This document shows, in pieces, positions 47,466 through 57,228 of a stretch of DNA of 64,000 bases (its first letter is position 1; each line of letters starts with the position of its first letter). The notes beneath the pieces are model-generated. The model saw only the letters and a program-made list of their open reading frames with translations. It made no database searches and had not been told where the DNA came from. The stretch is taken from NCBI GenBank assembly GCA_963783305.1, contig CAWAMW010000013.1, forward strand, positions 32,001-96,000. Reading direction: 5' to 3'. Source of the stretch: an uncultured Gemmatimonadales bacterium (GTDB taxonomy: Bacteria > Gemmatimonadota > Gemmatimonadetes > Longimicrobiales > RSA9). The translations under genes and the position numbers were made by a program.

Positions 47466-49040
47466 CTACCGGCCGGGGTCCAGTGCGAGTGTGGGGGCGG
47501 AGGGAGAGGTAGCGCGGCGAGCCGCGTGCCGGCGGGCGGTATCGGCCGCCCTGGTCAGCCCGTGCAGAAGGTCCTGCGCGGCGGCTTCGTCCAGATCGCG
47601 AACGCTCGCAACGCGGCCGCCGGCGGCAGTATCGACGAGAAGTGTCTGCAGGTGGAGCCGCCGCTGAAAGGGTGTGTTTCGGAGGTGGAGTGTCTGGATC
47701 TTCTCGTCAGGCACGACCCAGCTTACCCGGGTCAGGACGCCCCCCCGGATGATGGTGTAGCCGGCGGTCCGCCCCCAGGCGCGGGCCCGGTAATCGGCAC
47801 GGGCGTAGAGGAGAGCGGGCATGAGCAGGCCCAGGAGGGCCAGCCAGCGCGGACCGAGCAGTACGGTGCACAGAACGGTGGCGACCAGGACGGGTACCGC
47901 GAGGCGCATGAAGGTGCGGCGGGTCGCGAGGGGGGAGACGGAATGCATCTCGACGTTCTCGAAGTGCGCGTCCGGGAAGACTTCCCTGAGCAGGGGCCCC
48001 ACCTGCCGTTTGCGGGCAATCGGAACGAACGCTTCCGACTCTCCTGCCCGGGGTCCGCGGCGCTGAGGCCCGGCACCGGCGGTCTCGATCTTGAGCGCCA
48101 CGAGGCCAAATGGCCGGCGGAAAATGGACTCTTCGATGCGCACCGCCTGGACCCGCTCGACAGGGAGCGTCGAGTGGTGGCGGCTGAGGAGGCCGAAGTC
48201 CCGTCGTATATCATCTCCCACGCGCGTGAGCGTGAATCCGTGGTAGCGGATGATGCTGACGAACACCGAGACGACCCAGCCGGTGAGGACGAACCCGAGT
48301 GCCAGTGCTGCTCCGACCACCAGGGCGCCGGCCACCCCCAGCGCCGCACCCTGACCGAACGCCTCGTCCAACCAGCGCTCGACGAGGAGGGCGCCACCGA
48401 CATCGCTGATGACCTGGAGACCCGTGGCGAGGCCGGCGGCGATCAGTCCCGCTTCGTTCGATGTAGCGCCGGCAATGGCGAGATCGGCGGTGGAGAGGCG
48501 GAGTAGTCGACGGACGGTTGGCTCCCCTGCCGCGGTCGGGCCATCGGCGGAGGCCGCGGCCCCGGTCTCGGATCCCTCCGCTCGTGAGGCGCGGGCATCC
48601 CCGCGCCGCCGCATGAGCTCGGTCTGGAGATCCCGCGCCTCGGCGATGGCCAGGACCGCCAGGGAGGCTTCGGTATCGCCCCCGCCGGACGCGGTCTCGA
48701 GCTGGAGGGTCGCTACTCCGGCGAGTCGCTCCACCGCGGACTGCTCGAGGTCTATGTTCTGAATACGGGCCAGGGGGATCACCCGGCGTCGACGTGAGAG
48801 GACGCCACTGTCGATGATCAGCTCATCACCCTCGAGCCGGTACCGGAACATGAGCCAGCCCGCGGCGGCGAGCAGGAGCGACGGGATGGTGAGGATGAGA
48901 GCGATCCACTGAAGGGTGCCGACCACGCCGTCGCCGACGGACGCACCGCCCAGGAGCGCTGGAAGCACGAGCTGTCGGGCGAGCTGGAGCGCCCTGGACA
49001 CGACGGTAAAGCCGTGGAGGCGGCGTCCTTCAGACGGCAT
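47466..49040 (-). CDS. YdbT-like membrane protein with bacterial PH domains
   Basis: three RIQ/RVQ/KIQ bPH_2 repeats (IPLARIQNIDLEQS, ERVQAVRIEES, EKIQTL). Confidence 0.85.
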   Translation of the reverse strand: MPSEGRRLHGFTVVSRALQLARQLVLPALLGGASVGDGVVGTLQWIALILTIPSLLLAAAGWLMFRYRLEGDELIIDSGVLSRRRRVIPLARIQNIDLEQSAVERLAGVATLQLETASGGGDTEASLAVLAIAEARDLQTELMRRRGDARASRAEGSETGAAASADGPTAAGEPTVRRLLRLSTADLAIAGATSNEAGLIAAGLATGLQVISDVGGALLVERWLDEAFGQGAALGVAGALVVGAALALGFVLTGWVVSVFVSIIRYHGFTLTRVGDDIRRDFGLLSRHHSTLPVERVQAVRIEESIFRRPFGLVALKIETAGAGPQRRGPRAGESEAFVPIARKRQVGPLLREVFPDAHFENVEMHSVSPLATRRTFMRLAVPVLVATVLCTVLLGPRWLALLGLLMPALLYARADYRARAWGRTAGYTIIRGGVLTRVSWVVPDEKIQTLHLRNTPFQRRLHLQTLLVDTAAGGRVASVRDLDEAAAQDLLHGLTRAADTARRHAARRATSPSAPTLALDPGR

Positions 49041-49503
49041 CGCCGGACCCACTGAGGGCGGCGAGGGAGTCCCTGAGCTCTTCGGCATCGGCGGCGGGGA
49101 GGGCGGGCACCGTGATGATGGCGCCGCGGGTGCCAGCCGTGAAGATCACGAGGGAGGCGAGGCCGAGCCAGCGGTCGAGGGGTCCGTGTCGCGTGTCCAC
49201 GTGCTGGATCCGGGCGTACGGGATGATGCTGCTTGTATGAAAGAGCACGCCGCGGCGCAGGTAGAAATGGTCATCGCGGAGAGCGAATCGCCATGCGTGG
49301 TAGATGCGGTGTGGCAGGAGGATGAGAGCGGCGAGCACCAGAGCGGCGATCGGCGCGGCGAGAATGCCTCGGCGGAAGGGCAGATCCAGCCCGATCTCCG
49401 CCATTACGGCGAGGAGGATGAGCGCGAGCCCCTGGGCGGCGATGGTCAGTCGCCAGAGGCTCATGGCCTTCGGATCCAGCGAGCGAAGCGACCCGACGGT
49501 CAC
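49030..49503 (-). CDS. YdbS-like bPH_2 membrane protein
   Basis: IPYARIQHVDTRHGPLDRWLGLA; two TMs. Confidence 0.85.
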   Translation of the reverse strand: MTVGSLRSLDPKAMSLWRLTIAAQGLALILLAVMAEIGLDLPFRRGILAAPIAALVLAALILLPHRIYHAWRFALRDDHFYLRRGVLFHTSSIIPYARIQHVDTRHGPLDRWLGLASLVIFTAGTRGAIITVPALPAADAEELRDSLAALSGSGDAV

Positions 49504-50609
49504 GAAGTGGCGGGAGCGGGGGGTGTGGTGAGGATGGCGGGTGGACTGGCGAGCCGAACGCGATTGCGGCCGGCGCGCTTGGCGTCGTAGAGCGCGTCGT
49601 CGGCCTTCTTCATGAGCTGAACGAAGCTCGTTCCATCTTCGGGGAAGGAGGCCAGCCCCGCGCTGACGGTGATGCGCTCGTGGGGCTGGATGTCGCGATG
49701 GCGGAACGGATGCTCCTGGACGTCGGCGCGGAGGCGTTCGAGGATCTGGAGCGCCTTCTCCTTGCCGGTGTTGATCATGAGCACGGCGAACTCCTCACCG
49801 CCGTAACGAGCGACCATGTCATGGAGGCGGAGCTCGCGGCGCATGACATCCGCGAGCTCCCTGAGCACGCCATCGCCGGCAATGTGCCCGACGGTGTCGT
49901 TGTAATGCTTGAAGGAATCGACATCGACCATGGCAACGGAGCAGCGGCCGCCATACCGGTGAACGCGGTCGAGCTCGGCGTTCAGCACCTGCTCGAAGTG
50001 GCGGCGGTTGGGCAGCTGCGTGAGCGGGTCGGTGAGCGCCATGGTGGAAAGCCGCTGACGCAGCTGACGCATCTCCAGCCGATCCGCCTTGAGTCGCTCG
50101 AAGACGAAGCCCGCGTAGATGCTGAGGACGATCACCGACCCCGCCACGGCGGCCTCGAACGTGAGGGAGAGCGGGTAGCTCCCGCGCGCGAGGGCCACAC
50201 CCACCAGGAAGTAGCTGCTGGCCATGATCGCGCTCATGGAGACGACCGCGCGAAAGCCTCCGAGTCCGGTCATGTTGAGCAGCGCGACGAACCAGCCCAG
50301 GAGGATGACGAAGCGCAGCTCCGGGGCCAGGTAGGTGTAGAGGGCGAGCAGCAGTACGGCGCCAAAGAGGGGAGTGAAGAGAAAGTGGCGATCGCCGGGG
50401 ATGAAGCGGTCGAGCCCGCGCCATGCGATAATGAGCATGAGCAGCTGAATGACGGCCGTGGCAGCGGCGGCGGCCAGCCAGCCGGAGTAGGCGAGGACGG
50501 TGAGGTCCAGCGCGCGCATCCCGAGCATCAGGAGGAGAGCGGTGGCGAGCCCGCCGGTGGCGAGGACCACGCCACGCGCCTTGATGTATGCTCTCTTGGA
50601 TTCGTCCAT
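49500..50609 (-). CDS. membrane-bound diguanylate cyclase (GGDEF)
   Basis: TDPLTQLPNRR, FKHYND, RLHD I-site, RYGGEEF; about 6 TMs. Confidence 0.92.
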   Translation of the reverse strand: MDESKRAYIKARGVVLATGGLATALLLMLGMRALDLTVLAYSGWLAAAAATAVIQLLMLIIAWRGLDRFIPGDRHFLFTPLFGAVLLLALYTYLAPELRFVILLGWFVALLNMTGLGGFRAVVSMSAIMASSYFLVGVALARGSYPLSLTFEAAVAGSVIVLSIYAGFVFERLKADRLEMRQLRQRLSTMALTDPLTQLPNRRHFEQVLNAELDRVHRYGGRCSVAMVDVDSFKHYNDTVGHIAGDGVLRELADVMRRELRLHDMVARYGGEEFAVLMINTGKEKALQILERLRADVQEHPFRHRDIQPHERITVSAGLASFPEDGTSFVQLMKKADDALYDAKRAGRNRVRLASPPAILTTPPAPATS

Positions 50610-50755
50610 GCAATGCCTGCAGGACCGCCGCCCCAGGGGTGGGGTAGACAGCCTCCCGGGCCCGCTTCGCTTGTGCGTGCGGCTCCGGCCACGAGGAGAG
50701 TTAATGGGGAATATGTCGGGCAGGGCGGTATTCCCACAAGCTGAAGGAGCGATGG

Positions 50756-51034
50756 ATGGCGGAGATCGAGTGTGTACGGTGTGGCGAGCGGGGCGAGCAG
50801 CTGGCCAAGCCGCCGCTGCGAACGGAGCTGGGCGAGCGGATCCACGCGTCCATCGACCGGGCGTGCTGGGACGAGTGGCTGGCGTACCAGCAGGCGCTGA
50901 TCAACCATTATGGGCTGGACGTCCGCGATCGTGAGGCGCGGGAGTTCCTGACCACGAACATGGAGGCCTACCTTTTCGAGACGGAGGAGCCGGAGGACAT
51001 CGACACCAGTGAGGAAGGGAACATCAGCTGGTGA
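50756..51034 (+). CDS. YggX-like Fe(II)-trafficking/oxidative damage protection protein
   Basis: LGERIHASI..ACWDEWL..Q..LINHYGL..REFL; N-terminal CVRC. Confidence 0.85.
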   Translation: MAEIECVRCGERGEQLAKPPLRTELGERIHASIDRACWDEWLAYQQALINHYGLDVRDREAREFLTTNMEAYLFETEEPEDIDTSEEGNISW

Positions 51035-51079
51035 TGCGGTGCCCGGGTCGAGACGTGTTCGGAAGGGTGGTCTGGTGAC

Positions 51080-51616
51080 ATGGCGGTTTTCGGGGAGTTC
51101 AGGCGGGCGTGGCGGGAGGCGGTGGACAACTTCTGGCGGGAGCTGGAGGGCGACGCGGCGGAGAGCGGCGCCCGTGGGGTGTACCGCGAGGTGGCCGGGG
51201 TGCGGAACCAGCTGGGCGAGCTGGATGACGCGATCGCGGAAACGGGCCAGCGACTGAAGCACGAGCTGGAGCAGGTGGAGTCGTGCGCGCGCCGCGAGCG
51301 GCTGGCCCGGAAGATCGGGGATGAAGAGACGGCCCGCATCGCGGGTGAGTACCGGGGCCGGCACCAGGAGCGTGCGGACGTGCTGCTGCGGAAGGTGGAG
51401 GCGCTGGAGGCGGAGCGTCGGCTCTGTTTGCGGGACCTCGGCGAGATGGAGCGGGCACTTCAGGACCGGGTGCCGGCCGACGACCTGGATGAGATCGACG
51501 AGATCGATCTCAACCGCCACCCGCGGGAGCGTGAGTTCCGGGGGCTGGAGGACACGGAGCGGAGCCGCGCGGCGGCGGAGCGCCTGGAGGAGCTGAAGCG
51601 GCGGATGCAGCAGTAG
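51080..51616 (+). CDS. PspA/IM30-like coiled-coil protein
   Basis: charged helical; ends AAAERLEELKRRM. Confidence 0.55.
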   Translation: MAVFGEFRRAWREAVDNFWRELEGDAAESGARGVYREVAGVRNQLGELDDAIAETGQRLKHELEQVESCARRERLARKIGDEETARIAGEYRGRHQERADVLLRKVEALEAERRLCLRDLGEMERALQDRVPADDLDEIDEIDLNRHPREREFRGLEDTERSRAAAERLEELKRRMQQ

Positions 51617-51674
51617 CCGCGTCGAGGCGGGGAGCGGGTAGCTGGGGGCCCCGGGGGTCGCTCCCGTCAGGGGC

Positions 51675-52826
51675 TCAGAAGCGGCCGCTCACCAGCGTGA
51701 TGCCCACGACCGTCCGGTACCCACCCGACGGTCCACGGACCGGCGTGGTGAACACGGGGCCGCCCAGGCTCCAGTCGCGGGGCTGGCCATCCACACGGCC
51801 GGAGGAGCCGGATTCGTCCTGGCCCGAGCTCGTACCGATCCCGGCGCGACCCGCACCCAGTGCGAGTCCAATGGCGCTGGTGACGGCCGGAATCGCGATG
51901 GCCACCTTCTCGTTGTCCGGCTGCGCGATCAGGTCCACCCCGGCGCCGGCGAGGCCAGCAACCACGCCGACGATGCTGGCGATCCTCGCCTGGCTACGAG
52001 AAACCGGTGTGGAGCGGGCGAGCGCGGCCCCCGCCAGTGCCCCGATGTTCCCGCCCACCAGCGTGGCGGCCATGAGGTCGTCGTCTTCCATACCGCCGAG
52101 GATACCGAGAGCCGCTCCATACCACGTTCCCCAGAGGGAGCCCAGGTTCAGGAGCGACGCGTCGCCTGGCGAGATGTCGAGGGAACGGGTCGCGAGGATT
52201 CCGCCGGCGGTTCCGGCGAGGCCGCCGGCGATCATCCAGCCGAAGACCGTTTCCGGGCTGGGTCCGCTCTCGCAATAGCCGAAGTCGTCACAGCTGCCGG
52301 CTCCCGGGTCGACGACCTGCGCCCAGCCGAACCCCTGCCAGGTGCCCCAGCTCCCCGCCCAGGTGATCGCGCTCGCGCGGCCATCGCTGATGGGCGTTGC
52401 CCGGGTCGCGCTCCAGCCGGCGCCGAAGCCGATGGGACCGCCGACCAGGAGCCCCAGGCCGTACGCTTCGCTGCCGTCGGCGGAGAGCATGGCGGGGACG
52501 GCCACACCGAGCCATAGCCCGTACAGGGTGCTCCACACGATCAGCTCGGTGCGTCCGCCGCCCTCGATCTGCCGGCTACCGGGAGTGGAGCGGGCGATCC
52601 GGATCGTGCGGGCGGCCGCCGATTCCGGGTAGCGGCGGAGCACGAAATCCTTGAGCGCTTCCGCCAGCTGGATCTCGCCCTCGGCTTCGAGTGTGCGAGC
52701 GGCGGCGTAGAGCTCTGCGGCGGGATCCGGCCCCGCCGTGCCGGGGTCCTGGGCGGCGGCGGGGGTGTAGCAGAGCGCGTGTGCGGCGAGGGCGAGAGCG
52801 ACGAGTGAGCAGCGAGCGGTGCGCAT
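51675..52826 (-). CDS. hypothetical secreted/membrane glycine-zipper-rich protein
   Basis: signal peptide; repeated G-x-W-G-T-W-x-G Gly-rich helices; C-terminal F. Confidence 0.65.
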   Translation of the reverse strand: MRTARCSLVALALAAHALCYTPAAAQDPGTAGPDPAAELYAAARTLEAEGEIQLAEALKDFVLRRYPESAAARTIRIARSTPGSRQIEGGGRTELIVWSTLYGLWLGVAVPAMLSADGSEAYGLGLLVGGPIGFGAGWSATRATPISDGRASAITWAGSWGTWQGFGWAQVVDPGAGSCDDFGYCESGPSPETVFGWMIAGGLAGTAGGILATRSLDISPGDASLLNLGSLWGTWYGAALGILGGMEDDDLMAATLVGGNIGALAGAALARSTPVSRSQARIASIVGVVAGLAGAGVDLIAQPDNEKVAIAIPAVTSAIGLALGAGRAGIGTSSGQDESGSSGRVDGQPRDWSLGGPVFTTPVRGPSGGYRTVVGITLVSGRF

Positions 52827-53007
52827 GGCGCGAATATCGGCAGCGGAGCGCCGCAAGTCCACAGAGACGACGACGGAGTCCGGGGCCGGCTGTAGCAAAA
52901 AACTTGCAGAAACAGCGGTGATCGCAGAACATAGCGACCCCTGCGGGCCGAAAACGCCGAGGTGTTTCAGCCTTCGAGCCGTCCATCACACCGGGAGTGG
53001 TATCTCG

Positions 53008-54774
53008 ATGACGAAGGATCCTAATAGCGAATTCGCGGACCAGGAGGCCTCGGCTGTGGGGCGTGGCGGCGCGCCCGCGCTACCGGGCGGGACGTTCCTC
53101 GGCCATCCGCGCGGCCTGTCCACGCTGTTCTTCACGGAGATGTGGGAGCGCTTCAGCTATTACGGGCTGCGGGCGCTGCTGATCCTGTTCATGACGGCGG
53201 CGCTGGTCGGCGAGAACCCGGGGCTGGGCTTCGGCGAGGCCACGGCGGGCGCGGTGCTGGGGCTGTACACCTCGATGGTGTACCTGCTCACGCTGCCCGG
53301 TGGCTGGATCGCCGACAATCTGTGGGGCCAGCGGAAGTCGGTGTTCTGGGGCGGCTGCGTCATCGCGCTGGGCCATTTCACGATGGCGGCGCCGTTGCTC
53401 GGGGCGCCGGATCTGGTGTCCTTCTACCTGGGTCTGCTCTTCATCGTCATCGGAACGGGGCTGTTGAAGCCGAACGTGTCCACCATGGTGGGGGATCTGT
53501 ACCCGGATCCCGAATCCATGCCGACGGAAAGGGAACGGGACGAGATGGGGGCGAGGCGGGATGGCGCCTTCTCCATCTTCTACATGGGGATCAACATCGG
53601 CGCGATGCTGGGCCCGTTCATCTGCAGCGCTCTGGGCGAAGGCCTGGACTGGGGCTGGCTCTCGTTCGCGGGGAGCTGGCACCTCGGGTTCTCGGCGGCC
53701 GGGTTCGGCATGATCCTGGGCCTGGTGCAGTACAGGATGGGCGATAAGTACCTGGGCCACGCGGGGGAGTTCAGGACCACGGACCCGCCGGAGGTGGTGA
53801 AGCGGAGGAGTGATCGTTTCTTCCTGGGCACGGGCGCGGTGGCCGCCGCCGTGGGCGTGATGGTGTGGATGATGGTGTCGGGGGTGGTGGGCATCCCGCT
53901 GGATGTTTTCGCGACGTGGGTGGGCTACGGCATCCTGCTGCTGGCGATCCTGTTCTTCGCGTGGCTGATCCTCGGCACGGTGTGGGCGGCCGGCCTGGTG
54001 GGGCTCTTCCTGGTGCTCTCGTTCGTGCTCGGCGGCACCGTGGAAGCCGGGCAGTGGGCGATCCTCACGACGCTGGGGCTCTTCATCGTGGCGAACCTGG
54101 GTCTGCTGGTGACCAGGGGTGAGGAGGTTTCGGTGGAGAAGCAGCGGCTGATGGTGATCTTCTGGCTGTTCCTGCTGGCGGCGATCTTCTGGTCGGGGTT
54201 CGAGCAGGCGAGCTCATCGCTCAACCTGTTCGCACGCGACCTGACGGATCGGACCATCTTCGGGGCCGAGCTTCCGGCCGGCTGGCTCCAGAACATCAAC
54301 CCGTTCTTCATCATCGTGCTCGCGCCGGTGTTCGGTGCCATGTGGACGTGGCTCGCGCACCGGGACAAGAACCCGTCGATCCCGGTCAAGTTCGCGCTCG
54401 GGCTACTGGGACTCTCGGCCGGGTTCTTCGTCATCGCCTGGGGTGCGGCGAACGCCACGGACGCCAATGGCGCCTCTATGGCGTGGCTGGTGGTGACGTA
54501 CTTCCTGTTCACGGCGGGTGAGCTGGCGCTCTCCCCGGTCGGGCTGTCGTCGATGACGAAGCTGGCGCCTCCGGGTCGTCTGGGTCAGATGATGGGGGTG
54601 TGGTTCATCGCGGCGGCGCTGGGCAATCTCTTCGCCGGGCTGGTGGCGGGGAGCCTGGAGACGCTGGCGCCCTCGGCGCTCTTCCGGATGGTGGCGCTCT
54701 TCACCGCCGCGGCTGGCATCGTGGCGCTGCTGGCGAGCCCCTGGGTGAAGCGGCTGACGCACGGTGTGAAGTAG
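53008..54774 (+). CDS. POT/PTR-family proton-dependent peptide transporter
   Basis: GHPRGL, EMWERFSYYG, GLLKPN, FYMGINIG, GELALSPVGLS. Confidence 0.93.
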   Translation: MTKDPNSEFADQEASAVGRGGAPALPGGTFLGHPRGLSTLFFTEMWERFSYYGLRALLILFMTAALVGENPGLGFGEATAGAVLGLYTSMVYLLTLPGGWIADNLWGQRKSVFWGGCVIALGHFTMAAPLLGAPDLVSFYLGLLFIVIGTGLLKPNVSTMVGDLYPDPESMPTERERDEMGARRDGAFSIFYMGINIGAMLGPFICSALGEGLDWGWLSFAGSWHLGFSAAGFGMILGLVQYRMGDKYLGHAGEFRTTDPPEVVKRRSDRFFLGTGAVAAAVGVMVWMMVSGVVGIPLDVFATWVGYGILLLAILFFAWLILGTVWAAGLVGLFLVLSFVLGGTVEAGQWAILTTLGLFIVANLGLLVTRGEEVSVEKQRLMVIFWLFLLAAIFWSGFEQASSSLNLFARDLTDRTIFGAELPAGWLQNINPFFIIVLAPVFGAMWTWLAHRDKNPSIPVKFALGLLGLSAGFFVIAWGAANATDANGASMAWLVVTYFLFTAGELALSPVGLSSMTKLAPPGRLGQMMGVWFIAAALGNLFAGLVAGSLETLAPSALFRMVALFTAAAGIVALLASPWVKRLTHGVK

Positions 54775-54806
54775 GCGTCGGCGGGAGTAATCGGGTGGCA
54801 TGAAGG

Positions 54807-54840
54807 AGCGCCCCCGGCGGTGGTAGCCGCCGGGGGCGCT
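54807..54840. terminator. hairpin between convergent transporter genes
   Basis: AGCGCCCCCGGCGG-TGGTAG-CCGCCGGGGGCGCT (14-bp stem). Confidence 0.7.
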
Positions 54841-54864
54841 TCGCTTATCGCGTCATGGTCGCGA

Positions 54865-56863
54865 TCAGGCGTTGACGGTCTCTTCGACCTCCTGACGCGC
54901 GGCCCGGTCGGACCGGCTGTAGAAGAACCAGAGGATCAGCGGGAACACCAGCAGGCCCAGCAGCCCCTGGATCAACGGACTGTCGATGAGGGTGGGCAGC
55001 GTGATGTTCGCCACAATGAGGGCGGCGATGAACACACCCATCAGGGCTTCGCCCGCCACCAGTCCCGATGCCACGAGCACGCCGGCGTTGTCCGCCCGCA
55101 TGCGCGCGTCGGCCTCGGCATGCCGCCGCTCGATGCGCCGGTCCACGATCCAGCGGAACACGCCGCCCACGAAGATGGCGAAGGTGCTCCAGATCGGGAG
55201 ATACATGCCCACCGCCACCAGCATCACCGAGGGGGCCCGAACGAGGATCAGCATGACGGCGAACATCATCCCGCCGATGAAGAGGGGCCAGGGCATCTCA
55301 CCGTTGATGATCCCCGAGCTCACCAGGGCCATGAGTCCCGCCTGGGGCGCCGGGAGGGCGGTGGCGGGGTCGGCGCCGGGCGCACCGGCGAAACCGTAGG
55401 CGGAGCTGAGGAGCGCCAGCACCCCGGCCAGCGCGGGTGCGGCGAGGACCACGGCGATGAGCTCGGCCTTCTCCATGCGGGCGGGGGTGCCGCCGAGGAT
55501 ATGGCCGACCTTGAGGTCCTGCATCATGTCGCCGGCGATGCCCATGGCGCAGCAGACGACCGCGGCGACGCCGAGGACGGCGAGGATCCCCTGGTCGCCC
55601 TCCAGCCCGATGGCGACCATGAGGAGTGCGGCCAGGATGAGTGTTGAGAGGGTGAGGCCACTGATCGGGTTGTTGCTGCTGCCGATGAGCCCCACCAGGT
55701 ACCCGGCCACCGCTGCGAAGAGGATCCCGGCCACCACCATCACCACGGCGGCGACGATGGAGCCGGCGAAGCTCTGGGTGAAGTAGTAATAGAGGACGGT
55801 GATGGGGACCATCAGGCCGAGAATGCCGAAGACGATCCACTTGTAGCGGATGTCGGTCTCGTGACGATCGGTGGTCTCGGTGGATCCGGCGGCGCCGCGG
55901 ATGTCGGAGAATACCCGGCCGAATCCGGTGGCGAGGCTGGCGCGCATCCGCCAGAGCGTCCATACGGCACCAACGACCATGGTACCGACGGCGAGGGGTC
56001 GGACCTGCTGCTGCCAGACGGTCTCCATTGCGACGGTGCCGAACCCCTGCGCCTCAGCGGCCAGTAGGAGGTCGCGATTGACGAACATCATGACCGGCAC
56101 CAGGCACCACCAGCCGAGGACGCCGCCGGCGAAGACCACGGCCGCGAGGGCCGGGCCGATGATGTAGCCGACGCCCAGGAGGGCCGGGGAGGCCGATGGT
56201 GTGGATGCGAACATCCCGCCCTCGTAGACGGAACCGGCGGGGCCACCGATCCGCGCACCCGTCGCCTGACCCCACGACCACCAGCCGGTCATCTGCGACT
56301 GGAGTGCCTGGAGCCCGGAAGAGTTCTTGAGCAGCTCGATCCCTGCGGCCATGACGCCTGCGGCCATGAGGATCTTTCCGCCGCCCGTGCCCTGCTGCCC
56401 AGCCTTGTGGATCTCCAATGCCGCGATCGACTCGGGGAACGGCAACCCCGACTCCTCCACCAGGGTCCGGCGCAGGATGATCACGAAGAGCACGCCGAGG
56501 ATGCCGCCCACGGCCATGATGAACGTCGCGATCCAGAATGTTCACGCTGTCCCACACGCCCGCGATGACGAAGGCGGGAATGGTGAAGATGGCTCCCGCG
56601 ACGAGCGCCTCCCCGACCGAGGCGGTGGTGCGGGCGATGTTCTCCTCGAGGATCGTCCCTCCCACCGGCCGGAGCGCCGCGAGGGCGACAATGGCGGCGG
56701 GGAACGTCGCGGCGATGGTGAGCCCCGCCACCATCCCGATGTAGGCATTGGCCGCGCCGAGAACGACCGCCATGACCACGCCAAGACCCACCGCCCGGAA
56801 GGTGAACTCCGGTATGTCTTCCTCGGCCGATATGAACGGCTTGTACGGTACCTGGTCCGCCAT
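54865..56863 (-). pseudogene. OPT-family oligopeptide transporter split by a +1 frameshift at about 56539 (possibly a sequencing error)
   Basis: PEFTFRA..ENNIARTTAS-like N-part; LPFPES, GSSNNPISG, QDLKVG, APQAGLM in second frame. Confidence 0.8.
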
Positions 56864-57228
56864 CAGACCCTTCCGCGTTCAGGATGAACGATCCCGGGAG
56901 CCGGGCGGCCGCCGGGGGTTGAAAAATCCTGATTGGCACGCTGTTCGTGCGCTCACTCGAAGTCAAGGAGGCGCCCGCCGCGGGGCGCCTGTTTCCGGTC
57001 CTTCGGCCTCCACGAACCCGGTCGGGGCGAAAGGCGAACGTGGTACGACTTCTGGCAGCGGGCATGGTCGCGCTCGTCCCATCCGTGGGCTACTGCGGGA
57101 TCGTGGCGCAGCAGTGGTGAGCGCCGTCGCTTGACTGCGCAGGCGTACGGCGCCACCCTCCCGCCGAGCGGGTCCCGTACGGGCGGCGCACCGCCGGGGG
57201 CCGGCAGGAGACCTGGCCGACAGGAAGC

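Noticed and set aside
51640..51674. GGGGCCCCGGGGGTCGCTCCC as a fourth copy of the dispersed repeat
   Set aside because: Shares only about 9 nt (GGTCGCTCC) and lacks the core; could be chance.
56934..56950. TGGCACG sigma-54-like -24 box
   Set aside because: No GC at the required 10-nt spacing.
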